Shown here: positions 1-10,702 of the stretch, piece after piece
Numbering within the stretch: the stretch's first letter is position 1
Layout of the letters: each line of letters opens with the position of its first letter
Virus record (IMG/VR): IMGVR_UViG_2802429219_000001
Strand: one strand, 5' to 3'
DNA: 15,819 bases
Source of the DNA: a virus
Taxonomy: Duplodnaviria; Heunggongvirae; Uroviricota; Caudoviricetes
Position numbers and translations under genes: made by a program
The notes under the pieces: generated by a model
Database searches by the model: none
The model's input: only the letters and a program-made list of their open reading frames with translations
What the model was told of the DNA's origin: nothing

Positions 1-127
1 TTTACGCACCTCTTTTCCTAACAAAACGCCAGCCATCTCAAAATTAGAACTAGTGTTAGACATATATCCAAGCCTATCTCTTATTTTAAGATACATCTAC
101 TGTCTGGTATTTCAGGGGGCCAGCTCA
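1..127. mobile_element. Terminal segment of an insertion sequence, IS3 family (IS2-group-like), ending at a CA dinucleotide at about 126-127; only one terminus is in the window
   Basis: Bases ~60-127 (…actagtgttagacat…cttattttaagatacatctactgtctggtatttcagggggccagctca) resemble from memory the IS2 terminal inverted repeat (GGCCCCCTGAA… / TATCACTTAA… / ACTAGT motifs) but are not identical. Endolysin homology begins abruptly at 128-129 and an in-frame stop lies at 87-89. No search was run. Confidence 0.45.
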
Positions 128-128
128 G

Positions 129-479
129 ACTGTATGTCACGGGCATACAGGAAAAGACATCATGCTCGGTAAAACGTATACCAAAGCAGAATGCAAAGCA
201 CTCTTGAATAAAGACCTTGCCACTGTCGCCAGACAAATTAACCCGTACATCAAAGTCGATATACCGGAAACAACGCGCGGCGCTCTTTACTCATTCGTTT
301 ACAACGTGGGTGCTGGCAATTTCAGAACATCGACGCTTCTTCGCAAAATAAACCAGGGCGATATCAAAGGCGCATGTGATCAGCTACGTCGCTGGACATA
401 TGCTGGCGGTAAGCAATGGAAAGGTCTCATGACTCGTCGTGAGATTGATCGTGAAATCTGTTTGTGGGGTCAGCAATGA
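129..479 (+). pseudogene. R: 5'-truncated endolysin R, phage 21 R / DLP12 RrrD type (T4-lysozyme-like, GH24); lacks the N-terminal SAR segment and the catalytic Glu/Asp
   Basis: In-frame translation from 129 reads [83 protein letters not shown]…LWGQQ, matching the C-terminal ~115 aa of R21/RrrD as I recall it. Upstream codons (…RGPAQ) do not match the expected …YKDIVGVW, there is a stop at 87-89 and no start codon between 90 and 161. Stop at 477-479 overlaps the Rz ATG. Confidence 0.7.
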
Positions 480-937
480 ACAGAGTAACCGCGATTATCT
501 CCGCTCTGGTTATCTGCATCATCGTCTGCCTGTCATGGGCTGTTAATCATTACCGTGATAACGCCATTACCTACAAAGCCCAGCGCGACAAAAATGCCAG
601 AGAACTGAAGCTGGCGAACGCGGCAATTACTGACATGCAGATGCGTCAGCGTGATGTTGCTGCGCTCGATGCAAAATACACGAAGGAGTTAGCTGATGCG
701 AAAGCTGAAAATGATGCTCTGCGTGATGATGTTGCCGCTGGTCGTCGTCGGTTGCACATCAAAGCAGTCTGTCAGTCAGTGCGTGAAGCCACCACCGCCT
801 CCGGCGTGGATAATGCAGCCTCCCCCCGACTGGCAGACACCGCTGAACGGGATTATTTCACCCTCAGAGAGAGGCTGATCACTATGCAAAAACAACTGGA
901 AGGAACCCAGAAGTATATTAATGAGCAGTGCAGATAG
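476..937 (+). CDS. Rz: Inner-membrane spanin subunit Rz (i-spanin)
   Basis: Translation [45 protein letters not shown]… is near-identical to lambda Rz (153 aa). ATG at 476 overlaps the R stop (ATGA), with an N-terminal transmembrane segment. The track ORF starts 4 codons upstream at a GTG. Confidence 0.93.
   Translation: MNRVTAIISALVICIIVCLSWAVNHYRDNAITYKAQRDKNARELKLANAAITDMQMRQRDVAALDAKYTKELADAKAENDALRDDVAAGRRRLHIKAVCQSVREATTASGVDNAASPRLADTAERDYFTLRERLITMQKQLEGTQKYINEQCR
696..878 (+). CDS. Rz1: Outer-membrane lipoprotein spanin subunit Rz1 (o-spanin), embedded in the +1 frame of Rz
   Basis: 60-aa product [60 protein letters not shown] has a lipobox (VVVGC), is proline-rich and matches lambda Rz1. 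It lies entirely inside Rz. Confidence 0.92.
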   Translation: MRKLKMMLCVMMLPLVVVGCTSKQSVSQCVKPPPPPAWIMQPPPDWQTPLNGIISPSERG

Positions 938-940
938 AGC

Positions 941-958
941 TGCCCATATCGATGGGCA
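941..958. other. Inverted repeat (7-bp stem tgcccat/atgggca, 4-nt loop) between the convergent genes Rz and bor; possible weak bidirectional terminator or RNA 3'-end hairpin
   Basis: Seen directly in the sequence between the Rz stop (935-937) and the bor stop (969-971). There is no strong T-run on either side. Confidence 0.3.
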
Positions 959-968
959 ACTCATGCAA

Positions 969-1262
969 TTATTGTGAGCAATACACACGCGCTTCCAGCG
1001 GAGTATAAATGCCTAAAGTAATAAAACCGAGAAATCCATTTACGAATGTTTGCTGGGTTTCTGTTTTAACAACATTTTCTGCGCCGCCACAAATTTTGGC
1101 TGCATCAACAGTTTTCTCCTGTCCAATTCCCGAAACGAAGAAATGATGGGTGATGGTTTCCTTTGGTGTTACTGCTGTCGGTTTGTTTCCAACAGTAAAC
1201 GTCTGTTGAGCACATCCTGTAATAAGCATTGCCAGAGCGGCAGAAAACAACATTTTTTTCAT
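969..1262 (-). CDS. bor: Bor lipoprotein (serum-resistance, lysogenic-conversion moron; Iss family)
   Basis: Minus-strand translation from the ATG at 1262 gives MKKMLFSAALAMLITGCAQQTFTVGNKPTAVTPKETITHHFFVSGIGQEKTVDAAKICGGAENVVKTETQQTFVNGFLGFITLGIYTPLEARVYCSQ (97 aa), matching lambda Bor with lipobox LITGC. AGGA ribosome-binding site upstream. The track ORF extends 16 codons further to a non-native start. Confidence 0.93.
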   Translation of the reverse strand: MKKMLFSAALAMLITGCAQQTFTVGNKPTAVTPKETITHHFFVSGIGQEKTVDAAKICGGAENVVKTETQQTFVNGFLGFITLGIYTPLEARVYCSQ

Positions 1263-1330
1263 CTTATTATCCTGCATTGTTAAAAACGGCAGAATCCTAT
1301 GTGACAACAATTAAACGATAGTTAAATGGA
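1263..1330 (-). promoter_or_regulatory. Putative bor promoter region (AT-rich, upstream of the minus-strand bor start)
   Basis: The minus-strand sequence upstream of the bor ATG contains TTGTCA, a 17-nt spacer, then TTTAAC, followed by the AGGA ribosome-binding site. The hexamers are weak matches, and the call is inferred from the need for a late-operon-independent bor promoter. Confidence 0.25.
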
Positions 1331-1740
1331 TTGATGAAAATTAAAACTATATAGGTGGATGCTCAGCCTATTGGAGGAGGGGGGGGCACTCAGAATCCTG
1401 TGGAATGAAATAAACCGCTCTATCTGTCCATTACCCTTTTAGCTGCGCTGTATCGTCGCCGTATTCCCGCATTAACCATGACCGTAGCCCGACGGGGAAT
1501 TCCTTCTGCGTGAGTGTGCGGGAATAATCAAAAACGATGCACACCGGGTTTTTACCGCGTTTATGGTTCGCGGGGGTGTCCCTCATGCTCGCCAGTCCTG
1601 TGCGGGGGTGGAAGAAACAGGACGTGTATTCAGGTCTGTGTGACTGTGGTCGCAAGACTTTTGTCGTTCAGCTATGAAATCCCATTACGAAGTAGACCAG
1701 AACGGCCAACGGGTCCTTTCCGGCGATCCGACAGGTTACG

Positions 1741-1752
1741 GGGCGGCGACCT
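1741..1752. other. cosN, the 12-nt cohesive-end sequence GGGCGGCGACCT (terminase nicking site)
   Basis: Exact sequence …cgacaggttacg|gggcggcgacct|cgcgggttttcgctatttatgaaaatttt… matches the lambda right-end/left-end junction as remembered. It sits 178 bp upstream of Nu1, as in lambda. Confidence 0.88.
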
Positions 1753-1790
1753 CGCGGGTTTTCGCTATTTATGAAAATTTTCCGGTTTAA

Positions 1791-1902
1791 GGCGTTTCCG
1801 TTCTTCTTCGTCGTAACTTAATGTTTTTATTTAAAATACCCCCTGAAAAGAAAGGAAACGACAGGTGCTGAAAGCGAGCTTTTTGGCCTCTGTCGTTTCC
1901 TT
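1791..1902. promoter_or_regulatory. cosB, the terminase small-subunit binding region with three R elements (R3, R2, R1); an IHF site is expected between cosN and R3
   Basis: CGTTTCC at 1793-1799 and 1894-1900 and its inverse GGAAACG at 1854-1860. The R2 and R1 copies form a 12-bp inverted repeat (aggaaacgacag at 1853-1864 / ctgtcgtttcct at 1890-1901). Arrangement matches lambda cosB. Confidence 0.8.
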
Positions 1903-1929
1903 TCTCTGTTTTTGTCCGTGGAATGAGCA

Positions 1930-2449
1930 ATGGAAGTCAACAAAAAGCAGCTGGCTGACATTTTCGGTGCGAGTATCCGTACCATTCAGAACTGGCAGGA
2001 ACAGGGAATGCCCGTTCTGCGAGGCGGTGGCAAGGGTAATGAGGTGCTTTATGACTCTGCCGCCGTCATAAAATGGTATGCCGAAAGGGATGCTGAAATT
2101 GAGAACGAAAAGCTGCGCCGGGAGGTTGAAGAACTGCGGCAGGCCAGCGAGGCAGATCTCCAGCCAGGGACTATTGAGTACGAACGCCATCGACTTACGC
2201 GTGCGCAGGCCGACGCACAGGAACTGAAGAATGCCAGAGACTCCGCTGAAGTGGTGGAAACCGCATTCTGTACTTTCGTGTTGTCGCGGATCGCAGGTGA
2301 AATTGCCAGTATTCTCGACGGGATCCCCCTGTCGGTGCAGCGGCGTTTTCCGGAACTGGAAAACCGACATGTTGATTTCCTGAAACGGGATATCATCAAA
2401 GCCATGAACAAAGCAGCCGCGCTGGATGAACTGATACCGGGGTTGCTGA

Positions 2450-2475
<26 letters not shown>
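1930..2475 (+). CDS. Nu1: Terminase small subunit gpNu1
   Basis: 181-aa product MEVNKKQLADIFGASIRTIQNWQEQGMPVLRGGGKGNEVLYDSAAV… matches lambda Nu1, including the N-terminal helix-turn-helix. Confidence 0.96.
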
Positions 2476-6156
<3,681 letters not shown>

Positions 6157-6176
<20 letters not shown>

Positions 6177-7488
6177 TCTCCCGCATATTGCCAGCATGGC
6201 CTTTAATGAGCCGCTGATGCTTGAACCCGCCTATGCGCGGGTTTTCTTTTGTGCGCTTGCAGGCCAGCTTGGGATCAGCCGCCTGACGGATGCGGTGTCC
6301 GGCGACAGCCTGACTGCCCAGGAGGCACTCGCGACGCTGGCATTATCCGGTGATGATGACGGACCACGACAGGCCCGCAGTTATCAGGTCATGAACGGCA
6401 TCGCCGTGCTGCCGGTGTCCGGCACGCTGGTCAGCCGGACGCGGGCGCTGCAGCCGTACTCGGGGATGACCGGTTACAACGGCATTATCGCCCGTCTGCA
6501 ACAGGCTGCCAGCGACCCGATGGTGGACGGCATTCTGCTCGATATGGACACGCCAGGCGGAATGGTGGCGGGGGCATTTGACTGCGCTGACATCATCGCC
6601 CGTGTGCGTGACATAAAACCGGTATGGGCGCTGGCCAACGACATGAACTGTAGTGCAGGTCAGCTGCTTGCCAGTGCCGCCTCCCGGCGTCTGGTCACGC
6701 AGACCGCCCGGACAGGCTCCATCGGCGTCATGATGGCTCACAGTAATTACGGTGCTGCCCTGGAGAAACAGGGTGTGGAAATCACGCTGATTTACAGCGG
6801 CAGCCATAAGGTGGATGGCAATCCCTACAGCCATCTTCCGGATGACGTCCGGGAGACACTGCAGTCCCGGATGGACGCAACCCGCCAGATGTTTGCGCAG
6901 AAGGTGTCGGCATATACCGGCCTGTCTGTGCAGGCTGTGCTGGATACCGAGGCTGCAGTGTACAGCGGTCAGGAGGCCATTGATGCCGGACTGGCTGATG
7001 AACTTGTTAACAGCACCGATGCGATCACCGTCATGCGTGATGCACTGGATGCGCGTAAATCCCGTCTCTCAGGAGGGCGAATGACCAAAGAGACTCAATC
7101 AACAACTGTTTCAGCCACTGCTTCGCAGGCTGACGTTACTGACGTGGTGCCAGCGACGGAGGGCGAAAACGCCAGCGCGGCGCAGCCGGACGTGAACGCG
7201 CAGATCACCGCAGCGGTTGCGGCAGAAAACAGCCGCATTATGGGGATCCTCAACTGTGAGGAGGCTCACGGACGCGAAGAACAGGCGCGCGTTCTGGCAG
7301 AAACCCCCGGAATGACCGTGGAAACGGCCCGCCGCATTCTGGCTGCAGCACCACAGAGTGCACAGGCGCGCAGTGACACTGCGCTGGATCGTCTGATGCA
7401 GGGTGCACCGGCACCGCTGGCTGCAGGTAACCTGGCATCTGATACCAATAAAGAATTACTTAATACACCTGAAGCTTTACCGGTATAA
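6157..7488 (+). CDS. C: Head maturation protease / minor capsid protein gpC (ClpP/S49-like)
   Basis: GTG start at 6157 gives (M)TAELRNLPHIASMAFNEPLMLEPAYARVFF…, matching lambda gpC. Overlaps the B 3' end by 20 nt. The track ORF begins further upstream at 6010, inside B. The product is about 4 aa longer than lambda C by coordinate arithmetic. Confidence 0.92.
6871..7488 (+). CDS. Nu3: Scaffolding protein gpNu3, an in-frame internal start within C sharing its C-terminus
   Basis: ATG at 6871 (MDATRQMFAQKVSAYTGLSVQAV…) is in the same frame as C. Its position matches lambda Nu3 relative to C. Confidence 0.8.
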   Translation: MDATRQMFAQKVSAYTGLSVQAVLDTEAAVYSGQEAIDAGLADELVNSTDAITVMRDALDARKSRLSGGRMTKETQSTTVSATASQADVTDVVPATEGENASAAQPDVNAQITAAVAAENSRIMGILNCEEAHGREEQARVLAETPGMTVETARRILAAAPQSAQARSDTALDRLMQGAPAPLAAGNLASDTNKELLNTPEALPV

Positions 7489-7497
7489 GAGGCAGTT

Positions 7498-7830
7498 ATG
7501 GCGACAAAAGAAGAGTTTAACCATTACCAGCCGCTGGGTAACAGTGATCCGGCTCATACAGCAATTGCGCCTGGCGGATTGAGTGCGAAAACGCCTGCAA
7601 TGACCCCGCTGATGCTGGATGGCACTACCCGTAAGCTGGTTGTGTGGGATGGCACCACCGACGGTGCAGCCGTTGGCATTCTGGCGGTTGCTGCTGACCA
7701 GACCAGCACCACACTGACGTTCTACAAGTCCGGCTCGTTCCGTTATGAGGATGTGCTCTGGCCGGAGGCTGCCAGCGACGAGACGAAAAAACGGACCGCG
7801 TTTGCCGGAACGGCAATCAGCATCGTTTAA
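7498..7830 (+). CDS. D: Head decoration protein gpD
   Basis: 110-aa product [42 protein letters not shown]…[11 protein letters not shown] matches lambda gpD. The N-terminal third seems slightly diverged from my recollection of lambda. Confidence 0.94.
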   Translation: MATKEEFNHYQPLGNSDPAHTAIAPGGLSAKTPAMTPLMLDGTTRKLVVWDGTTDGAAVGILAVAADQTSTTLTFYKSGSFRYEDVLWPEAASDETKKRTAFAGTAISIV

Positions 7831-7847
7831 TCTTCCCCTTCATCAAC

Positions 7848-7872
7848 AAAGGCCGCCTGTGCGGCTTTTTTT
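7848..7872 (+). terminator. Intrinsic-terminator-like hairpin with T-run in the D-E intergenic spacer (candidate partial terminator or mRNA-stabilising 3' structure)
   Basis: aaaggccgc-ctgt-gcggcttt followed by ttttttt (7866-7872): GC stem gccgc/gcggc extendable with A-U pairs, 4-nt loop, 7 consecutive T. Seen directly in the sequence. Confidence 0.5.
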
Positions 7873-7885
7873 ATGGAAATAATTT

Positions 7886-8911
7886 ATGTCTGTATATACA
7901 ACTGCAGAATTACTGGCATCGACCCAGCATCACTTTAAGTTCGATCCGCTGTTTCTGCGCCTGTTTTTCCGTGAAACCTATCCTTTCACCACGGAAAAAG
8001 TCTATCTCTCACAAATTCCGGGACTGGTAAACATGGCGCTGTACGTTTCGCCGATTGTTTCCGGTGAGGTTATCCGATCCCGTGGCGGCTCCACCTCTGA
8101 ATTTACGCCGGGTTATGTCAAACCCAAGCATGAGGTGAATCCGCAGATGACCCTGCGTCGCCTGCCGGATGAAGATCCGCAGAACCTGGCTGACCCGGCT
8201 TACCGTCGTCGCCGTATTATTCGGCAGAATATGCTGGATGAAAATCTGGCGATTGCCCAGGTCGAAGAGATGCAGGCAGTTTCTGCCGTGCTTAAGGGCA
8301 AATACACCATGACCGGTGAAGCCTTCGATCCGGTTGAGGTGGATATGGGCCGCAGTGCGGCGAATAACATCACGCAGTCCGGCGGCACGGAGTGGAGCAA
8401 GCGTGACAAGTCCACGTATGACCCGACCGACGATATCGAAGCCTACGCGCTGAACGCCAGCGGTGTGGTGAATATCATCGTGTTTGATCCGAAAGGCTGG
8501 GCGCTGTTCCGTTCCTTCAAGGCCGTCAGGGAGAAGCTGGATACCCGTCGCGGCTCTCATTCCGAGCTGGAGACAGCGGTAAAAGACCTGGGCAAAGCGG
8601 TGTCTTATAAGGGAATGTATGGCGATGTGGCCATCGTCGTGTATTCCGGACAGTACGTGGAAAACGGCGTCAAAAAGAACTTCCTGCCGGACAACACGAT
8701 GGTGCTGGGGAACACTCAGGCACGCGGTCTGCGCACCTATGGTTGCATTCAGGATGCGGACGCACAGCGCGAAGGCATTAACGCCTCTGCCCGTTACCCG
8801 AAAAACTGGGTGACCACCGGCGACCCGGCGCGTGAGTTCACCATGATTCAGTCAGCACCGCTGATGCTGCTGGCTGACCCTGATGAGTTCGTGTCTGTAC
8901 AACTGGCGTAA
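7886..8911 (+). CDS. E: Major capsid protein gpE (HK97 fold)
   Basis: 341-aa product MSVYTTAELLASTQHHFKFDPLFLRLFFRETYPFTTEKVYLSQIPGLVNMALYVSP…EFVSVQLA matches lambda gpE in length and sequence. Confidence 0.96.
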   Translation: MSVYTTAELLASTQHHFKFDPLFLRLFFRETYPFTTEKVYLSQIPGLVNMALYVSPIVSGEVIRSRGGSTSEFTPGYVKPKHEVNPQMTLRRLPDEDPQNLADPAYRRRRIIRQNMLDENLAIAQVEEMQAVSAVLKGKYTMTGEAFDPVEVDMGRSAANNITQSGGTEWSKRDKSTYDPTDDIEAYALNASGVVNIIVFDPKGWALFRSFKAVREKLDTRRGSHSELETAVKDLGKAVSYKGMYGDVAIVVYSGQYVENGVKKNFLPDNTMVLGNTQARGLRTYGCIQDADAQREGINASARYPKNWVTTGDPAREFTMIQSAPLMLLADPDEFVSVQLA

Positions 8912-8913
8912 TC

Positions 8914-8940
8914 ATGGCCCTTCGGGGCCATTGTTTCTCT
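8914..8940 (+). terminator. GC-rich hairpin with UUCG tetraloop plus U-rich tail immediately after the major capsid gene (candidate attenuator or RNA stability element)
   Basis: atggccc-ttcg-gggccat (8914-8931): perfect 7-bp stem, ttcg loop, followed by tgtttctct. Begins 3 nt after the E stop, and the FI ribosome-binding site (ggagga, 8943-8948) lies just downstream. Confidence 0.45.
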
Positions 8941-8952
8941 GTGGAGGAGTCC

Positions 8953-9348
8953 ATGACGAAAGATGAACTGATTGCCCGTCTCCGCTCGCTGGGTGAACAA
9001 CTGAACCGTGATATCAGCCTGACGGGGACGAAAGAAGAACTGGCGCTCCGTGTGGCAGAGCTGGAAGAAGAGCTTGATGACACGGGCGACACTGCCGGTC
9101 AGGATACCCCTCTCAGCCCGGAAAATGTGCTGACCGGACATGAAAATGAGGTTGTATCAGCGCAGCCGGATACCGTGACTGATACGGCTGATCTGGTCAC
9201 GGTTGTGGCACTGGTGACGCTGCATACTGATGCACTTCACGCCACGCGGGATGAGGCTGTGGCATTTGTGCTGCCGGGAACGGCGTTCCGTGTCTCTGCC
9301 GGTGTGGCAGCTGAAATGACAGAGCGCGGCCTGGCCAGAATGCAATAA
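8953..9348 (+). CDS. FI: DNA-packaging / head assembly accessory protein gpFI
   Basis: ATG at 8953 preceded by GGAGGA. Product MTKDELIARLRSLGEQLNRDISLTGTKEELALRVAELEEELDD…ERGLARMQ matches lambda gpFI. The track ORF extends 13 codons upstream through the hairpin and is unlikely to be the real start. Confidence 0.92.
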   Translation: MTKDELIARLRSLGEQLNRDISLTGTKEELALRVAELEEELDDTGDTAGQDTPLSPENVLTGHENEVVSAQPDTVTDTADLVTVVALVTLHTDALHATRDEAVAFVLPGTAFRVSAGVAAEMTERGLARMQ

Positions 9349-9359
9349 CGGGAGGCGCT

Positions 9360-9713
9360 GTGGCTGATTTCGATAACCTGTTCGATGCTGCCATTGCCTG
9401 CGCCGATGAAACGATACGCGGGTACATGGGAACGTCAGCCACCATGACATCCGGTGAGCAGTCCGGTGCTGTGATACGTGGTGTTTTTGATGACCCTGAA
9501 AATATCAGCTATGCCGGACAGGGCGTGCGCGTTGAAGGCTCCAGCCCGTCCCTGTTTGTCCGGACTGATGAGGTGCGGCAGCTGCGGCGCGGCGACACGC
9601 TGACCATCGGTGAGGAAAACTTCTGGATAGACCGGATTTCGCCGGATGATGGCGGAAGCTGTCATCTCTGGCTTGGGCGGGGCGTACCGCCTGCCGTTAA
9701 CCGTCGCCGCTGA
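9360..9713 (+). CDS. FII: Head-tail connector (head completion) protein gpFII
   Basis: GTG start at 9360 with GGGAGG ribosome-binding site. 117-aa product (M)ADFDNLFDAAIACADETIRGYMGTSATMTSGEQSG… matches lambda gpFII. Confidence 0.94.
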   Translation: MADFDNLFDAAIACADETIRGYMGTSATMTSGEQSGAVIRGVFDDPENISYAGQGVRVEGSSPSLFVRTDEVRQLRRGDTLTIGEENFWIDRISPDDGGSCHLWLGRGVPPAVNRRR

Positions 9714-9724
9714 AAGGGGGATGT

Positions 9725-10303
9725 ATGGCCATAAAAGGTCTTGAGCAGGCCGTTGAAAACCTAAGCCGTATCAGCAGAACGGCGGTGCCCGGTGCCGCCG
9801 CAATGGCCATTAACCGCGTTGCTTCATCCGCGATATCGCAGTCGGTGGCACAGGTTGCCCGTGAGACAAAGGTACGCCGGAAACTGGTAAAGGAAAGGGC
9901 CAGGCTGAAAAGGGCTACGGTCAAAAATCCGCAGGCCAGAATCAGGGTTAACCGGGGGGATTTGCCCGTAATCAAGCTGGGTAACGCGCGGGTTGTCCTT
10001 TCCCGCCGCAGACGTCGTAAAAAGGGGCAGCGTTCATCCCTGAAAGGTGGCGGCAGCGTGCTTGTGGTGGGAAACCGTCGTATTCCCGGCGCGTTTATTC
10101 AGCAACTGAAAAATGGCCGGTGGCATGTCATGCAGCGTGTGGCCGGGAAAAACCGTTACCCCATTGATGTGGTGAAAATCCCGATGGCGGTGCCGCTGAC
10201 CACGGCGTTTAAACAGAATATTGAACGGATACGGCGTGAACGTCTTCCGAAAGAGCTGGGCTATGCGCTGCAGCATCAACTGAGAATGGTAATAAAGCGA
10301 TGA
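9725..10303 (+). CDS. Z: Tail completion protein gpZ
   Basis: 192-aa product MAIKGLEQAVENLSRISRTAVPGAAAMAINRVASSAISQSV… matches lambda gpZ. Confidence 0.94.
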   Translation: MAIKGLEQAVENLSRISRTAVPGAAAMAINRVASSAISQSVAQVARETKVRRKLVKERARLKRATVKNPQARIRVNRGDLPVIKLGNARVVLSRRRRRKKGQRSSLKGGGSVLVVGNRRIPGAFIQQLKNGRWHVMQRVAGKNRYPIDVVKIPMAVPLTTAFKQNIERIRRERLPKELGYALQHQLRMVIKR

Positions 10304-10695
10304 AACATACTGAACTCCGTGCAGCCGTACTGGATGCACTGGAGAAGCATGACACCGGGGCGACGCTTTTTGATGGTCGCCCCGCTGTTTTTGATGAGGC
10401 GGATTTTCCGGCAATTGCCGTTTATCTCACCGGCGCTGAATACACGGGCGAAGAGCTGGACAGTGATACCTGGCAGGCGGAGCTGCATATTGAAGTTTTC
10501 CTGCCTGCTCAGGTGCCGGATTCAGAGCTGGATTCGTGGATGGAGTCCCGGATTTATCCGGTGATGAGCGATGTCCCGGCACTGTCAGATTTGATCACCA
10601 GTATGGTGGCCAGTGGCTATGACTACCGGCGCGACGATGATGCGGGCCTGTGGAGTTCAGCCGATCTGACTTATGTCATTACCTATGAAATGTGA
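10300..10695 (+). CDS. U: Tail tube terminator protein gpU
   Basis: 131-aa product [48 protein letters not shown]… matches lambda gpU. ATGA overlap with the Z stop. Confidence 0.95.
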   Translation: MKHTELRAAVLDALEKHDTGATLFDGRPAVFDEADFPAIAVYLTGAEYTGEELDSDTWQAELHIEVFLPAQVPDSELDSWMESRIYPVMSDVPALSDLITSMVASGYDYRRDDDAGLWSSADLTYVITYEM

Positions 10696-10702
10696 GGACG
10701 CT

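Noticed and set aside
162-479. ATG at 162 as the genuine start of a short 105-aa lysozyme
   Set aside because: Homology to R21-type endolysins continues upstream to about 129 and the family's catalytic Glu/Asp lie N-terminal of this point, so 162 is an internal Met of a truncated gene.
696-988. ORF 776..988 (minus, 70 aa) overlapping Rz/Rz1
   Set aside because: Antisense to the proline-rich Rz1 region, giving a Gly-rich shadow product (complement of CCN codons).
1050-1283. ORF 1050..1283 (plus, 77 aa) overlapping bor
   Set aside because: Antisense to bor, which has a full-length match with signal peptide and lipobox.
1290-1403. Direct repeat cagaatcct at 1290-1298 and 1391-1399, considered as a possible att core or target-site duplication
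   Set aside because: Only 9 bp perfect. Several such matches at this spacing are expected by chance in 15.8 kb, and neither copy abuts a recognisable element end.
1431-1774. ORFs 1431..1655 (minus, 74 aa, TTG start) and 1514..1774 (plus, 86 aa) next to cos
   Set aside because: The plus ORF runs across cosN and both lie in the conserved cosQ-proximal non-coding region. Non-ATG starts, no ribosome-binding site, no recognisable similarity. Not callable as genes from sequence alone.
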